Source: Microthyrium microscopicum
Lineage: Eukaryota
Assembly: GCA_010405405.1 (NCBI GenBank)
Contig: MU004234.1
Coordinates: 1,143,275 to 1,207,274 of the forward strand
Reading direction: 5' to 3'
DNA length: 64,000 nt
Shown: positions 12,831 to 25,916 of the stretch, one piece after another
Layout: each line of letters starts with the position of its first letter
Numbering within the stretch: the stretch's first letter is position 1
Translations under genes and position numbers: made by a program
The notes under the pieces: model-generated
The model's database searches: none
Told to the model about the DNA's origin: nothing
What the model saw: the letters and a program-made list of their open reading frames with translations, nothing else

Positions 12831-14722
12831 ATGGCTACAAATCTCGATGAGAAGCCGTCGGAATACCCGATCACCGACCCACATGCAAACGGCGGTCATC
12901 TCGCTACAACATCTAATGTCGAAAACATCGAGGCTCCCGTTACCTGGAAGGCCTACCTGATGTGCGCCTTTGCATCCTTCGGTGGTATCTTCTTTGGATA
13001 CGACTCTGGATACATCAACGGTGTCAATGCCTCTGCAGTCTTCATCAACTTGGTTGAGGGTCCTAATGCGTCAGCCTTGACCTCACCCCATCAATCGCTC
13101 ATTGTTTCCATTCTCTCAGCTGGTACATTCTTCGGTGCAATTGCCGCCGGCGACATTTCTGACCGCATTGGCCGAAAATGGACCGTCATTCTGGGTTGCG
13201 CTATCTACTGCTTTGGTGTTGTCATTCAAATGATCACTGGACCTGAAGTAAATGCTCTAGCTTGCATCGTTGCTGGTCGTATTATCGCTGGTATTGGTGT
13301 TGGTTTTGAGTCTGCCATTGTCATTTTGTACATGTAAGCTGCGCCTTGATTCTTCTACAATAACACAGTTACTGACTTGAGCCGCAGGTCTGAAATCTGC
13401 CCTCGCAAAGTTCGTGGAGCTCTGGTCGCAGGTTATCAATTCTGTATCACCATCGGAATTTTGCTCGCATCAGGAGTCGTCTACCGCACCGAAACGCGTA
13501 CTGATACTGGCTCTTATCGCATTCCTATCGGCATCCAATTTGCTTGGGCCATTATCTTAGCCGGAGGATTGATGACATTGCCAGATTCCCCTCGTTATTT
13601 CGTCAAAAGAGGTCGTGTTGCCGACGCTACGCGCGCACTCTCCAGACTTCGTGGCCAGCCATCTGACTCTCAGTACATTCAAGTCGAACTCGCCGAAATT
13701 ATTGCCAACGAAGAGTACGAGCGCAAGATCATCCCTGATACTGGTTTCTTTGGCAGCTGGATGAATTGCTTCACTGGTTCTCTCTGGGATGGCAAATCAA
13801 ATCTTCGCCGAACAATTCTAGGAACATCCCTCCAAATGATGCAGCAATGGTGAGTACAACTATCTTCCGGAAACAACTCCGTAGTACAATCATATTAACA
13901 TATCTCTAGGACTGGTGTGAACTTCATCTTCTACTACTCTACGCCATTCCTACAGTCTACTGGTGCAATTGCCAACCCCTTCCTGATCTCTCTGATCTTC
14001 AATTTGGTCAACGTCTGCTCTACTCCAATCTCCTTCTACACCGTAGAGAAGCTTGGTCGTCGCGCATTGCTTGTTTGGGGTGCCCTTGGCATGCTTATCT
14101 GCCAGTTTCTCGTCGCCATCATTGGTGTAACCGTCGGGTTCAACCATACCCACCCCGGTCCCACAGCTGCTGATGGTACCGCTACCACCCGCGCTGACAA
14201 CGTTTCCGCTGTCAACGCGCAAATCGCATTCATTGCCATTTTCATCTTCTTCTTCGCTTCAACCTGGGGTCCAGGAGCCTGGATCGTCATTGGCGAGATC
14301 TTCCCTCTCCCAATCCGTTCCCGTGGTGTTGGTCTCTCGACCGCTTCCAACTGGCTTTGGAACACTGTAAGTTACCTCAACTGTTCATTTTCGGAATCAA
14401 TAACTAATTTCATTGCGCTCAGATCATTGCCGTCATCACTCCTTACATGGTTGGTACCACCGAAGGAAACCTTCGATCCAGCGTCTTTTTCGTCTGGGGT
14501 GGTCTCTGCACCGCCGCTTTTGTCTATGCCTACTTCCTCATCCCGGAGACCAAGGGGCTCTCTCTCGAGCAGGTTGACCGCATGATGGAAGAGTCGACTC
14601 CACGTACTTCTGCCAAGTGGCGGCCATCGGAGACATTTGCTACAGTCATGGGTACCACATCTGCCGGAAAGCTTGATCCTAAGCTCGTCCAGGATGTCGA
14701 GCGACGAGGTTCGGCTACCTAA
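12831..14722 (+). CDS. MFS sugar porter (high-affinity glucose/monosaccharide transporter, RCO-3/MstA-like)
   Basis: FGGIFFGYDSG, DRIGRK, SEICP..RG, PDSPR, QQWTGVNF, PETKGLSLE motifs. Introns 13334-13387, 13850-13909 and 14367-14422 restore the frame. Confidence 0.95.
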
Positions 14723-15101
14723 AAGGTTTTGCCTGCAATACTTGATTCAGGCAAACTCCGACCGAGAAACTTGTTGACATGCATTCGTTTTTGCAATTAC
14801 ACACTGCGTATTGTACATCTGCATAAAGTCTGCATGTTTCTATTAGGAAATAATAATAACTAATTCTTATTCACTCAATATTCTTTCACTAATGTATAAA
14901 GTCATGAATGTCAATGCTCATATAGCCTCGTTAATGCTAATGGTATGTACTATGTACATTAGACAGTAGGAAAATGCTACACAAATGTGAAAGAATCCAA
15001 ACAAATGCGCTCGCTCAGCCTCGCTAAGGCTCAAAATAACAGTCTAGTTCATCCAATCATGTGCAACAATTCTGCTCAATAACAAATGAAAATATGTCCT
15101 C

Positions 15102-18100
15102 TCAGAAGCCGTAACTAGCCACTCTCTTACGCTCCCCATCCCACGTCTTCCCCATATGCATCATCTTATACAAATGCGGATGTTTCTCTCTCCACCTCAA
15201 TCTACGCTTGCGCTCTTCCATCCTCTCATTCTCTTCAGGACGTTCCTCTCGCGTCTTCTCTTCTCCTTTAAGTGGTCCAGATTTCCGATGATTCAGTAAA
15301 CCTGCACTAGTCCCAGGACGCGGCAATTCTGGCCGCGCATCCTGCTCTGCGTCTCCGCGTTTCGGGTGGTGCAAGCTGGAATGGCGAAAGGAGGAGAATT
15401 TGATTGGCGTTTTCGGGCGTGCGGCGTGTAGGAATGCTTTCATGCTGTGGCTTGTGCCGACACGGGTTTGGGCTGCGGACATGACGCTGTCGTGGCCGTG
15501 GGAGTGGCGTGACGAGGGGCTGTTGTCAAAGTGGTCGCGCTCTTCGAGATCGATGGAGTTGTCGCTGTTGTGTGTATGTTCGGTGGAGTGAGCATGCTCG
15601 TCAAGTTGTGGTGTTTGCGAGCTGGTGGGCAGGTCTGGTGAGGATAGGAGAGTAGGCGAGGAGTGGAAGGTTGCTGATGAAATGTCCCGCGTATGATTAT
15701 GGCTGCGCGTTCTGCGTTGAATAGGGGATGCTGGAGAGTCGAGTGGAGAACCAGGTGGACTGGGAGCCAGGAATAAGCGGGAGGCTGTTGGAAGTGGTGT
15801 TGTTGGGGGACTATCAATGGTGCTGAACGCGTGTGGTGTGGTGGGCCGGGCAGTATATGTACTGCCACTAAGGAAGCGACGTGGACGGCGGGCTAGCTGT
15901 TCGGACTGTTCTGCTAGCTGGCTTTCCAGAGCGCGGATCGACGAAATGTGTTCTTCCGAATGCTGCTTGAGATTTTGGATTTGGTCGTTCTTCTCCTTCA
16001 GACGTTGCTCAAGAGATGAGATCTTCTTTTCCGCGTCGTTGGAACGCTTCTGGAGCGTTCGGAAATGCTGGTGGAATTGGGCATTCGCAGCGTCACGATC
16101 GCGTATCCTTGTTTCCAGAATAACATTGCTTTTGATGAGCGAAGCATTCTTGCCTTCCAACTCGTTAATTTTGGACTCCAGGCCGTTGGTATTTTGCTCC
16201 AATTGTGCAACATTACATTCAAGCTCAGAGATACGAGACACTTGAAGACTACCCTGCCGCCGCAGAGTGTGAAGTTCCCCATTAAGTTTGCTGATCTGAA
16301 TAGTCTCCTCAGTGAGTTGCATTCGAAGATCTCTCGACTCAGAGTGCGAGTCCGTCAAAGCATTTGACAGACGCTTGTAGTGATTTTGATGTTGATCAGC
16401 AGCATCCTTGAGAGTAGCAATCTCCCTCGAGTTGCTAGCATGTGCCTTTTCTAAGTTTGCTAGCTCGTTGACCTTTTCAGATACTGTTTGCTCCAGGTCT
16501 GTCACTTGCTGCGATTTATTCTCAACCATTTGTGCTTTGGCGGCATGCTCCTTTTTCCAACTATCGACAATGTCATTCAGCTCCGCAATTTCAGCTTCAT
16601 GCTTGCTTTGAGCGTGCTCGAGAGATTGATCCTTCTCCTGAATGATAGCAACTTTGTGTTCATGCTCCGATTTCCAGTGAGTTACTTCCATCTTCAAATC
16701 TCGTTGACAGCTTTCATGTTGCTCGCGAAGCTCAGATAGCTGCATTTCTCGAGACTGTAGTAGATCTGCAGTGGCCTCGAGTTTTTGCTTCCATTCCTTG
16801 ACCTTCGTATCCAGTTCCTGGCGCCACTTGGAGGACTCAGTATTGAAACGATGTTCGCTGTCCGCTCGGTGCGACTTGAGCCCATCAAGATCCTTCTCTT
16901 TGATTTGAAGCAAGTCGCTCGTGGCCCGATGTTTCCCCTTCCATTCCTTCACCTGGCCATCCAGCTCTCGTTCTCGGGTTTCATGCTCGGCTCTCAGCTG
17001 ATGGATTTCCTGATCCTTAGCATGGATTAAATCATCGCCGTTCCGGTGCTTGCCTGACAGCTCTTCGACTTGCTTCTCAAGGTCTTGCACTCTCGAGTCG
17101 TAATCCAAGGTCAGCTTCCGTATAGTTGCAGTCTTTTCTGAGACAATGTCGTCATATTTCGAGCAGCGGTCTTTTAGCGTGTCTATGCGTACTGCCATAG
17201 CATCTTTTGCGTCTGTAATTTGTGCATATGTCTGCCTGAGTTCTCCCATCTGCTCTTCCAGCCGCCGCTGCTGCTTTTGGCTCATTCGATGCTGCTCAGA
17301 AGCTTCCCGTCGCGAAATTTTCAAAGATTCGTACTTCGCACGAGTACTTTGCAGCGCAAGCTCGGAGTTCTGTTTCAGCGATTCTTTCCTGCCCAGTTCT
17401 CTCTTGGTCTCCGACAACTGTTGCTGAATCCAAGTCTTGTCGTGAGCTAATTGTCCCAGCTCTTTAGTCATGAGCTGTATCTTGTCCGTAAGTTCCGCTT
17501 GCTCATGAGTTAGATGGTTCATTTGAGTAGTGCGCTCCTCAAGAAGTTGATGTTGCTTTTCAGCATTGGCGTGATGGGAAGAAAGTTTACTTTCGTACTC
17601 AGTCTGCTTCTCGACAGCCTGCTGTTGGTAACTATCAAAGCTGGATTGCAAGGCATGCTTTTCTGTCATAAGCTTCGACGCTTGCTCTTCGGCAAGTTGG
17701 CGAGACTTTGTCAAAGCTGCAATCTGTTCGCGGGCATCCTTGAGGGACGCCTCAACTGTTTGGTTCGAGCTGACCATTTCGGCAATATGCTGCTCATGCG
17801 CACTTGTAGCTTGTGCAAGAATCGATTTGGTGTCTTCGAGTTTTGCGGCGAGGGTAGCCTTTTCTTCCATGCTGCTAGATATCTCTGCGTTTGACGACGA
17901 TATTTTGTTATCCAATTTCTGAATCCGTTCCTCAAGTTTTGATACAACGTCTTCATAATCAGCAATCTGCGAGTTCAATCGTGTTTTACTGTCGAGCAAT
18001 GTTCTCGTCTCGGCCTTTTGACCTTCAAGCTCCGTGCTGAGTTTGCCAGTAGACTCCACGAATGCAGCATGCATCGCCTGAATATCTGCCAGGTCTGATA

Positions 18101-19631
18101 AAGCTTTAGCTTTTGTCTTCTCAAGATCGTTGCTCGCTTCAATATGGCTATCCAGGTTCTGTTGCAGAAGTTCTTGTGAGGTTTTCAGGTCGGCGTGGGC
18201 TTCTCGTTCCAGTTGCAAACTACGCTCCGCTTCCTCAAGGGCTTCGGATGTTTTCAGTCGATCTGTATGTAGTTCTTCAACGCGAGCAAGGTGTGATTTG
18301 TCTTTGACGTCAGCTTCCTGCACAGCATCCCGCAGTTTCGTTTCCGAGAGTGCTAGCTTCTCTTCGAGCTGAGCTAGAGTGTATTTTTGGCTTGAAATCT
18401 CACTCTCCAGCTTTTCTGACTGCTCTTTAGCTGCGGCGAGTTCAGACTGGGTTTGCCTAAAGGACGAGCTGGCTTCTCGTTCTTTCGATTGGTGTGCAGC
18501 AACCACCTCGTCCATGGCGACCTTGGATTTATATAGAAGATCATGTTTCGTTTTCGCATCTTGAAGACCCTGATGCGATTGCTTGACTTCGACTTCAAAT
18601 GCTTCAATCTTTGATCTAAGCTCTTCTTGCTCAGACGTCATACGCGTTTTCTCGGATTCTTGTCGTATGATGTTGTCTTGAAGTAAGTTCCGTTCGGCTT
18701 GCATCTCCGCTATCCGATCTTGACTAGTCTGAAAGTCCACTGCTGCTTTTGAAAGCTGCTCGGTTAAATTCTTTAGCTCATCGTCTGAAGTGATCTTGTC
18801 TTTTTGCAGATCTTCAATCTCAGACTGCTTGTCAGCCACTTCTTTCTGTAATGATTTCTCCGTCTCCCGAAGCAACACCAGCGTATCGCGAGACAGCCTA
18901 CATTCCCGAAGCAATGCCTCCACACGGTAGTGACATATCTCCAAGATCTCCGAGGGCATGAATTGCAAATCGCCGGCATCCGAATTCGGAGAGTGCGTCC
19001 GCGGTGTAAATGGCGGTGAAGATATGGACGACGGATCTGTTCAGAGTACTGCTGTTAGCTATCAGTTGCTTATCAGTATGTCAGATCATAACGAACCATC
19101 TGATGTGTTCAACGCAATGCCATTCAACATTTTCAACAACCCACTGCCCTGTTTTTCATAGGTCCGTAGTGTATTTTTCAGCCGCTCTATCATGTCCTGA
19201 CTCTGTCTTCCCGAAAGATAGTCCGCCAACAACGTCTGGGCAAACATCTGCTCCTTCTTGCCTAATTGTGCGTCTCTAGAAGCCACTCGTGCAGCCAAAC
19301 GGAAGGAAAGTGCGCGATATTTTGAAGACGTAGATTTCTCTGCTGTTAAGTCGCGTTTCAGTGATTCGCGTTGGTGTCTGATGAACCCAGTATGACCGAG
19401 AGCAGTGAAATGGGTCTCCAGATCTTGTGGAAGATCTGGATTGTTCATTGAGGAAGTGTCTGGCTCGTCTTTCTTGTGATCTGGCCGACGCGTTGGTAGG
19501 CCATGTATAGATGAGGAGGCCTGATCGATATGGATAGCTCGCGTGCGGGCGGGCAATTGGAGGGATTGCGAGAGAGGGTGCGCGTGGTGGAGGTCATCTA
19601 AATCCATGGCGGTGTAGGGTTTCCCAAGCAT
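15102..19631 (-). CDS. Large coiled-coil protein (~1,490 aa) with disordered Ser/Pro/His-rich tail
   Basis: ORFs 19086-19664 and 15102-18968 join in frame through intron 19096-19037 (GTTCGT...GCTAAC...AACAG). Heptad-rich E/K/Q/L composition. Start codon uncertain. Confidence 0.8.
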
Positions 19632-21053
19632 GTACAGCTCAGTTGAAGGATTTTGTGCGGGCAATTGATACGGGCCAGTTCAATTGTATTCGTAACAGTT
19701 GATATAAAAAGAGTTATGCTAGAAGATTGTGGGTACAAAATAGCAGGGCCGTGACGAGAGATCGTTATGATGGCTATTCATCGTGAGTGAATAAGTGGGG
19801 TGAGACCTGGGCGGAAGGCAGTGAAAGATCACCAGAGAAGCCACCTGGGCATTAGATTTGACTGCAGTAGAGGGCCAGACATGAGCTGCAGTATGGTAAG
19901 TATCGAGTGAAATAGGTATTCTGGGAGACTTGGAGGTGGTGAGGTTGGAAGAGAAGGAGTTATGGTGTAAGTTTCAGATGGTGGACAGAAGAAGGCAGTC
20001 GGCAATTTCAGGTTTAAAGTGGAGGATTTAATGCACGCCAGAGTCGACCATCAGATCACTAATAACCGATTGCCTAACATCTCACAAGGACAGGACAGAG
20101 CCAATCCTTAATAAGAAGTGGAAGAAATATAAGAAACCAAAACAAACATGGCCAATTGATGGGCAGGACGTGTTCAAATACAGCCTATAGCAGAAACGGA
20201 GAATGACATAGCCAGCGACCCACGATCACCTACTTGTTGGCGCTGTCCTGTCCGAGCGGCACAACTCAATTCCTCTTCTACTTATTTTTATACCCACTAA
20301 CTATCAAAGCATTATATATAGAAAATGTCTGTAGATTCAATCTCGCAGATTATGGAAACATTCGATACTTTCATGCACCGCTTCACGGCAAGGCAGAACA
20401 GTATTGCCCATATTCAAGGTTTATGATCTTATTTTGACTTTTGGTGCCTCCAAGAGTCCAAAGGCCCAACAGAGTCAGGTACAAAGGTTGGAAGTGGATA
20501 CAAAACATTGGAAACATGCCAGAACAGCGTGATTGAAATCTTAAGCCATCGCGCGTGTTTGTGGGGTTCCTTTATGGTATCAACCGATATAATCGTGTAA
20601 TTGGACCACTCGTGGCGCCCTCGGATTCGCTCATACATACTCTAGCCAATTACTAAATGACGACACTTCCAATTACCAAGTTTGATGTTTGTTTTGCTGG
20701 CGGTTAACAACAAAGATCATGCTGGGAGAACATGACCTTTGTACTCCTTCTTGACGTGATGATTGTTTGTGTTAGCCTCGGAAGTCGGATACATCTTTGA
20801 GCAAACGAGAACTATGTAGTTTTGGACCCATCTACCTGATCTCCCCGATTATTCCCTTGGTGTAACGGGTTCTCTTGGGGCGGGCCGAAGCGATGTGGCG
20901 CAGTAGATATAGGACGTGGAGGTGGCGCAGGCTTTTTAGACTGGCACCACAGGCAAGTTTCCAAGATTGTTAACTGCATGTTTAAAGTAATCTTGTTCAT
21001 CGATTGAAAGGTCTGTGGAACTCAAATTGGTCGTTTCCTTGGCTTTAAAATGT

Positions 21054-22720
21054 TCAAGATATCCAAAAGGTGGTACACCGGCTGATATCAAACATGCTTC
21101 CTTGCATTACTCCACCAACGTAGCACTCACCAACCAGTTTGCAAATTGTAACTTGATGTTTTTTCTCGTTCGCCAAGTCCAGCCCTTCATAACATTTTCG
21201 AAGTAGGAGCGGTGTCTCCCCTCCGTGAAATAGACCAAGCTCGTCTCCCGTCTGCGCCTGGATTGGTATAATGCACATGGTGCCAGATGTAGTCGTTGTG
21301 ACTTTCCAATGCTCACTCCCTAGGAGTTGGAACATCGTTGATATTTCCATTCCTAAATTACCGGGTGGCGTTGTTACGTCCTTCAGAACATCGAAAATGA
21401 AGCCAGAAGCACTCGAATAATGAGCCAGCTCCAAGTCATAAGTCTCCACCGCATCCCCATCTTCATCGTAAAACTTGACATCGCATTTAGTCCACTCAGC
21501 TGATGCCGAGATGCCATAACGAGAGCCGATGCTAGCGCTTTGGCGCAACCGTTGACTGAGATGGCTGTGCGCCCCCGGGGTACTCCAGTCTGGGGCCCAC
21601 GATGGAAGATCAGCAGATTGTCTAGGCCATGCGCAGGCACTTAAAAGAGACAGAGATTCATATTCTGTGAAAATCTCAGCAGCGACCTTTGCGTACACTT
21701 CCCCCATAGTCTTCTTGTAGTCTACTTGTTCCAGCAGATCATAGAAATCAATAACGATAGGAAAAAGAAAACCCGGTGACATTATGCGCTCGATAAAGCG
21801 CTGATGCTCTTCGTACATCGTCGATAGGCCAGCTAGTCCGCGCAAAGCATATATCATATCATGAGGAATGGTCGAAGAGGAATCGTGGTGCCGGAGTAGT
21901 AGTTGCTGCAGACGCTCCATCGTTTTCCAAGGTTCGGCTTTCGTGAGTCTGAGTCGGTAATGGTACTCTTCTCGAGTCTGGGCAATTTGAAGCATTCTTT
22001 CAAAGCCAGGATGAGAGGTGCAAGGCGAATTGATCTTGCAAACCTTCACGAAATCATCCCAATCCACGAAATCATCGCCGCAAAACATTATAGCTTTTCG
22101 TGCTGCAGCAATTTCTTGAACAATCCAGATTCGAGTAAACCAAGGCTTGCTCAGCAGAGATAGCAGGGCACTAGAAGCTTCTTTCTCCAGTTGCAGAGCA
22201 TCAAATTCAGCACTTTAGAAGGCTCGCGCTGGAGAGTCTGATATGTTGGAATCAGAACTTTCCCTACGGCTTCGAAAGCCTTCTGCGTCCCCTCATCTCC
22301 ATCACCAAGTCAGACATGCACGTCTTTGGCTTGCTGGTAAATTTCTTTCATCATGCTGACCTGAACGCTCTTTTCCTCCAGATTCTTCTGATTAGTCGAG
22401 ATTCCATCTGCCCATACGATCAAAGGACCGTTGCCGAATGGAGCCCGGTTTGCTCTCTGTCGGACCACACTTTGCAGTGCACATTCCAGACTTTTGGAAA
22501 TATCCAAACATGATTTCGGGTCATCACAGAATATACTAACTGGGGGGAGGCCGTCACTTGCACCCCAGGCGTATGAAATTGCGGTATAGAACGGAAAGTC
22601 GGCAAGCGGAACGCTGAAGATGCGCCTGACAAGTCCCCGGCCTTCAGCAGGATTTTGAAGCCACAGGAGTCGTATCTCATCCTGGCCAACTTTTTGATAT
22701 TTGTACTGACTTCTCCTGAT
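21054..22720 (-). pseudogene. HET-domain (HET-6-like heterokaryon incompatibility) pseudogene
   Basis: EIRLL, YTAISYAWG, WADGISTNQ..LEEKSVQVSMMKEIYQQA, WFTRIWIVQEI, HDMIYALRGL, LPSWAPDWS and LVGECYVGGVMQG motifs. In-frame TGA at the conserved Trp (VHV*LG, 22310-22312), a frame change near 22215, and no in-frame ATG. Confidence 0.85.
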
Positions 22721-23186
22721 GGTCTTTTTGCCTCAGTCGCGCGTTAAAGATGTTAGGTTTGTCTTTATTATTGAATGTATGCTGAGAAGGAAAGAAGGCT
22801 CCTTTGGCAGATTTATTGAGAAGCAGCAATATTATTCAACTTGAGGGTAGAGTAGCGTCGGAATGTTGCTGCAGGCAAATACGTGGCTGATCTCGTTGCA
22901 TTTTCTGTCGAATTGAGTTCTGGTTTGAGAGTATTCCTATTATGACTATCAATATGAGTTTATATGCCTAGTAATGAGCGTCAGCGTACGAATCACTCTT
23001 TCAGTCACGTTCAGAAAATGGAGCTGAGATGATGGAAAAAAGTAATAGAATTAGAGTTACAATTCCAACCAGGATACACCACCAAGAAACAATGCTAAAG
23101 GACTAGACTATAGTACACTGAGAGTATGAGGATTTGAAAAGAGTTGCTCATGGCTTCTGCTTCCGTGATGACTTTGGACGCCTCCA

Positions 23187-23513
23187 CTACTGCGCAACCT
23201 TGCCGGTGGAATGTTCATGAAGATATTGTCTCACACGAGCTCCACTGTGTCGCTTGCGTTTCTTCTCGCTTGACTTCTCGTCATGGTACATCGCAGATGG
23301 TGCATCTGTCGAGCCGTAGGCCGGGAGGTTATCTCCGGCGTACGCCGGGAGGTTATCTCGGTCGTACGCTGGGGTCACTTCGTCCGAGGCAAGGCCATCG
23401 ACGGGCCAGACTTCTTCGATCATGCCGCGCTTGATGGCCTTTCTTTTCTTGTGTTTGCGGATTGCTTCGGCGGAGCAGTAGACGATAGCACCAACGGCTA
23501 GAACTAAAGCCAT
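23187..23513 (-). CDS. Small protein with N-terminal hydrophobic anchor and repeated (T/L)PAY motifs
   Basis: 108-aa ORF with good start context (ACAACAATGG), upstream TATAAAT on the minus strand (~23741), and a 24-bp internal tandem repeat encoding DNLPAY. Confidence 0.75.
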   Translation of the reverse strand: MALVLAVGAIVYCSAEAIRKHKKRKAIKRGMIEEVWPVDGLASDEVTPAYDRDNLPAYAGDNLPAYGSTDAPSAMYHDEKSSEKKRKRHSGARVRQYLHEHSTGKVAQ

Positions 23514-24372
23514 TGTTGTGAAGTTGTGAAGTTGAGTGGCGAAAGCTGAGAGGTTGCTGTGAGTCGGAGGGGGTTGATTATTGGATCTGATAGAGGTTGC
23601 TTTGGTGGGTGAAGGTGGCGATTATGAATGAGTAAAGGTGGCGATGATGAGGAGTATGGAGAGTTGAATTGATGCTTGTTGTATGATGGAGATGGTGATG
23701 GAGAGGTCAAAGAATTGGGAGAGCGAAAGTAAACATTTATACAGTATGGTTGGCGACACTATTCGGGAGGAACGGCAGGCGTCATACAATTTTGGGGCAG
23801 TGTTATTCAGAGATTTTGGCTGTAACTTCCATAGCTTAGAACTAATGCTGTAAAAGTAATTTGAGTTATCTTGAAGCCTTTCATTTCTAGTTGTTTTGCA
23901 TTCTTAATTATGGAGGCTATGTCTGAATACGAACAAGATGCGGTGCTTGCCCAAGTACATTTGAAATAATTCGGATATAAACTTTCAAGAGCCGCAGCAA
24001 AACTTCAAGTATTGATCTCCATACGCGTTACGGTTGTCCCTTTCGTCGAATACGCCCCTGGTCAATTTAGCGCTTCTGCGAGAGCCTTATGATACCGCAT
24101 ACCGTATGTTTCCCCTATCCACAATCCGTAGCGAGGAACAATACTGTAGAACCAAGTCGGAAGTAATTGTAAATTTGGTTCGCCCAAGCCCTCGTCTGGC
24201 AAAGGCAACTCGAAATCGTAACACAGATATCAACGAATGGTTCAACGGAAATTGCCATCTAGGAAACACAAAGTGTATACTAAAAGGAAATTAATTTAAA
24301 AAGATATCAAACCCGCTCCTTGCCGATCTATACCAGGAACTAATTGAGAATCAAAGCGCTACACTCGCGAAA

Positions 24373-25386
24373 TCAAGCAGCGTCTTTGGAAACTCTCACC
24401 AACATAGACCCAATACCTGGCACTTTGCCCCAACTTCGATGCGCTTCCTGAATATCGTCCAGATCAGTAACGCTGCGAACTGGCACCTTGATCATCCCGT
24501 CTCCCAACAACCGGAACAGCTCTTGCAGATTTGTAACAAAGTCCTTATCATCCTTCGTGATATAGTAGAACTTGGTCGTCTTGGCATTCGGTACCAAATT
24601 CCTTGCCAACAACTTCACAGTCGGGAGTATCTGAGATCGAGGCGCTTCACCTTTCAGCGAATCACTGTTTCCCCCGAATGCGACTAGAGTGCCTGTGCAG
24701 TTCAAGATCTTGTAGCTTTCGTCCCAGCTCTCGAATCCCAAGGCGTCAAAGACCGCATCAGCACCACCGAGCTCATTCATGGACTCCATCCATTTCTTGT
24801 CCGTGTAAACGAAGGGTGTGATGCCATGTTCGCGCAACAACTCGTGGTTTCGTGTTGATGCGGTGCCGTAGACTTGTGCCCCTTGGAGCCTGCAGAGAGC
24901 AGCAGTGGCATATCCAACAGCGCCGCTCACACCGTGGATGAAGACACGTTGGTCCTTCTTAACTTTGGCCGAGTTCTTGACCATGGCATATGCCGTGTTC
25001 CAGTCCAAGATGAGGGCTGTCGCTTGTTGAAGGTCTAGACCTTTAGGCACGCGGATGAGATACTTCTCGGGTAGGTTGACGAGCTCGGCATCAGCATCGT
25101 AGACTGTAAGACTTGCAACCAGGTCGTCTGGAAGGAATTTTGTTGCACCTTGGCCGTTTTGAGTTACGGTGCCGATGAGGCAGTAGCCGGGAGTGAGGGG
25201 TGCTTTCTTTTGCATTGGGTAGTGTCCTTTGCGCATGTTGACGTCTGCGCCTGTGAAGCCGGCGTAAATAGTCTTGACTTGGACATGATTGGGCTCTGGG
25301 TCGGAGATCTCTGCTGATACGACTTGGACTTTGGACTCATCGCCGAACTCTGGGATGACGACCTTGCGGATGGTTTGTGGAGACAT
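24373..25386 (-). CDS. Zn-independent MDR-family NAD(P)H oxidoreductase (quinone reductase/VAT-1-like)
   Basis: 337-aa intronless ORF with GroES-like PLTPGY...G segment and Rossmann motif VFIHGVSGAVG. Confidence 0.92.
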   Translation of the reverse strand: MSPQTIRKVVIPEFGDESKVQVVSAEISDPEPNHVQVKTIYAGFTGADVNMRKGHYPMQKKAPLTPGYCLIGTVTQNGQGATKFLPDDLVASLTVYDADAELVNLPEKYLIRVPKGLDLQQATALILDWNTAYAMVKNSAKVKKDQRVFIHGVSGAVGYATAALCRLQGAQVYGTASTRNHELLREHGITPFVYTDKKWMESMNELGGADAVFDALGFESWDESYKILNCTGTLVAFGGNSDSLKGEAPRSQILPTVKLLARNLVPNAKTTKFYYITKDDKDFVTNLQELFRLLGDGMIKVPVRSVTDLDDIQEAHRSWGKVPGIGSMLVRVSKDAA

Positions 25387-25846
25387 GTTGAGTATGATCT
25401 TTCGAGAGCTTTGAGGATGGAAATAACGAGGAGGCTGGAAAGAGTAACCTAAGTAAATGCTGGGACTATGTGTGTCAATATAGCGAAAATGATATGATTT
25501 GTTGTTGAGATAAGTTGAATTGTTGTGAGCTGATAGAGAATGGAAGTAGATTCAACTCCATCCTCTCAGGTTACCTATATACTAAAATACATTGCTACGA
25601 TCGACACAATGGTCGGTCCATGATATGGCCGGTCTTAGCGAAATCACGACCGACGGAGAGACTTTCCCAGATGAGTACTTGTCTTGTTAAGGTTGGAGGA
25701 GAGAAGGAGAGTTGAAGAAGAGATGGGAAAGCGCGTCGGAGAAGAGTCACCCCGACGTTCGGTCCATTTTCGCGCGCTATGAACATTCAATAAGCCGTGC
25801 ACGCGGGCACTTATTCTCCCGCAATTAATCTAACCACTAACAGCTA

Positions 25847-25916
25847 TCCGTGGACAACACCCACCGCCGTAGGCGGTGGGGGACGCCTGAACGCTACGGA
25901 TAGCTAAACGCTACAT
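25847..25916 (+). repeat. Left terminal inverted repeat
   Basis: TCCGTGGACAACACCCACCGCCGTAGGCGGTGGGGGACGCCTGAACGCTACGGATAGCTAAACGCTACAT is the reverse complement of 28619-28688. Confidence 0.95.

Noticed and set aside
20429..21000. Short minus-strand ORFs downstream of the HET pseudogene
   Set aside because: No consistent splice model or domain motif found.
25860..25880. Hairpin resembling IS200/IS605 or TnpB/Fanzor end structures
   Set aside because: It lies within TIRs of an element with a clear DD35D transposase and TA duplication; no RuvC-like relic recognised.
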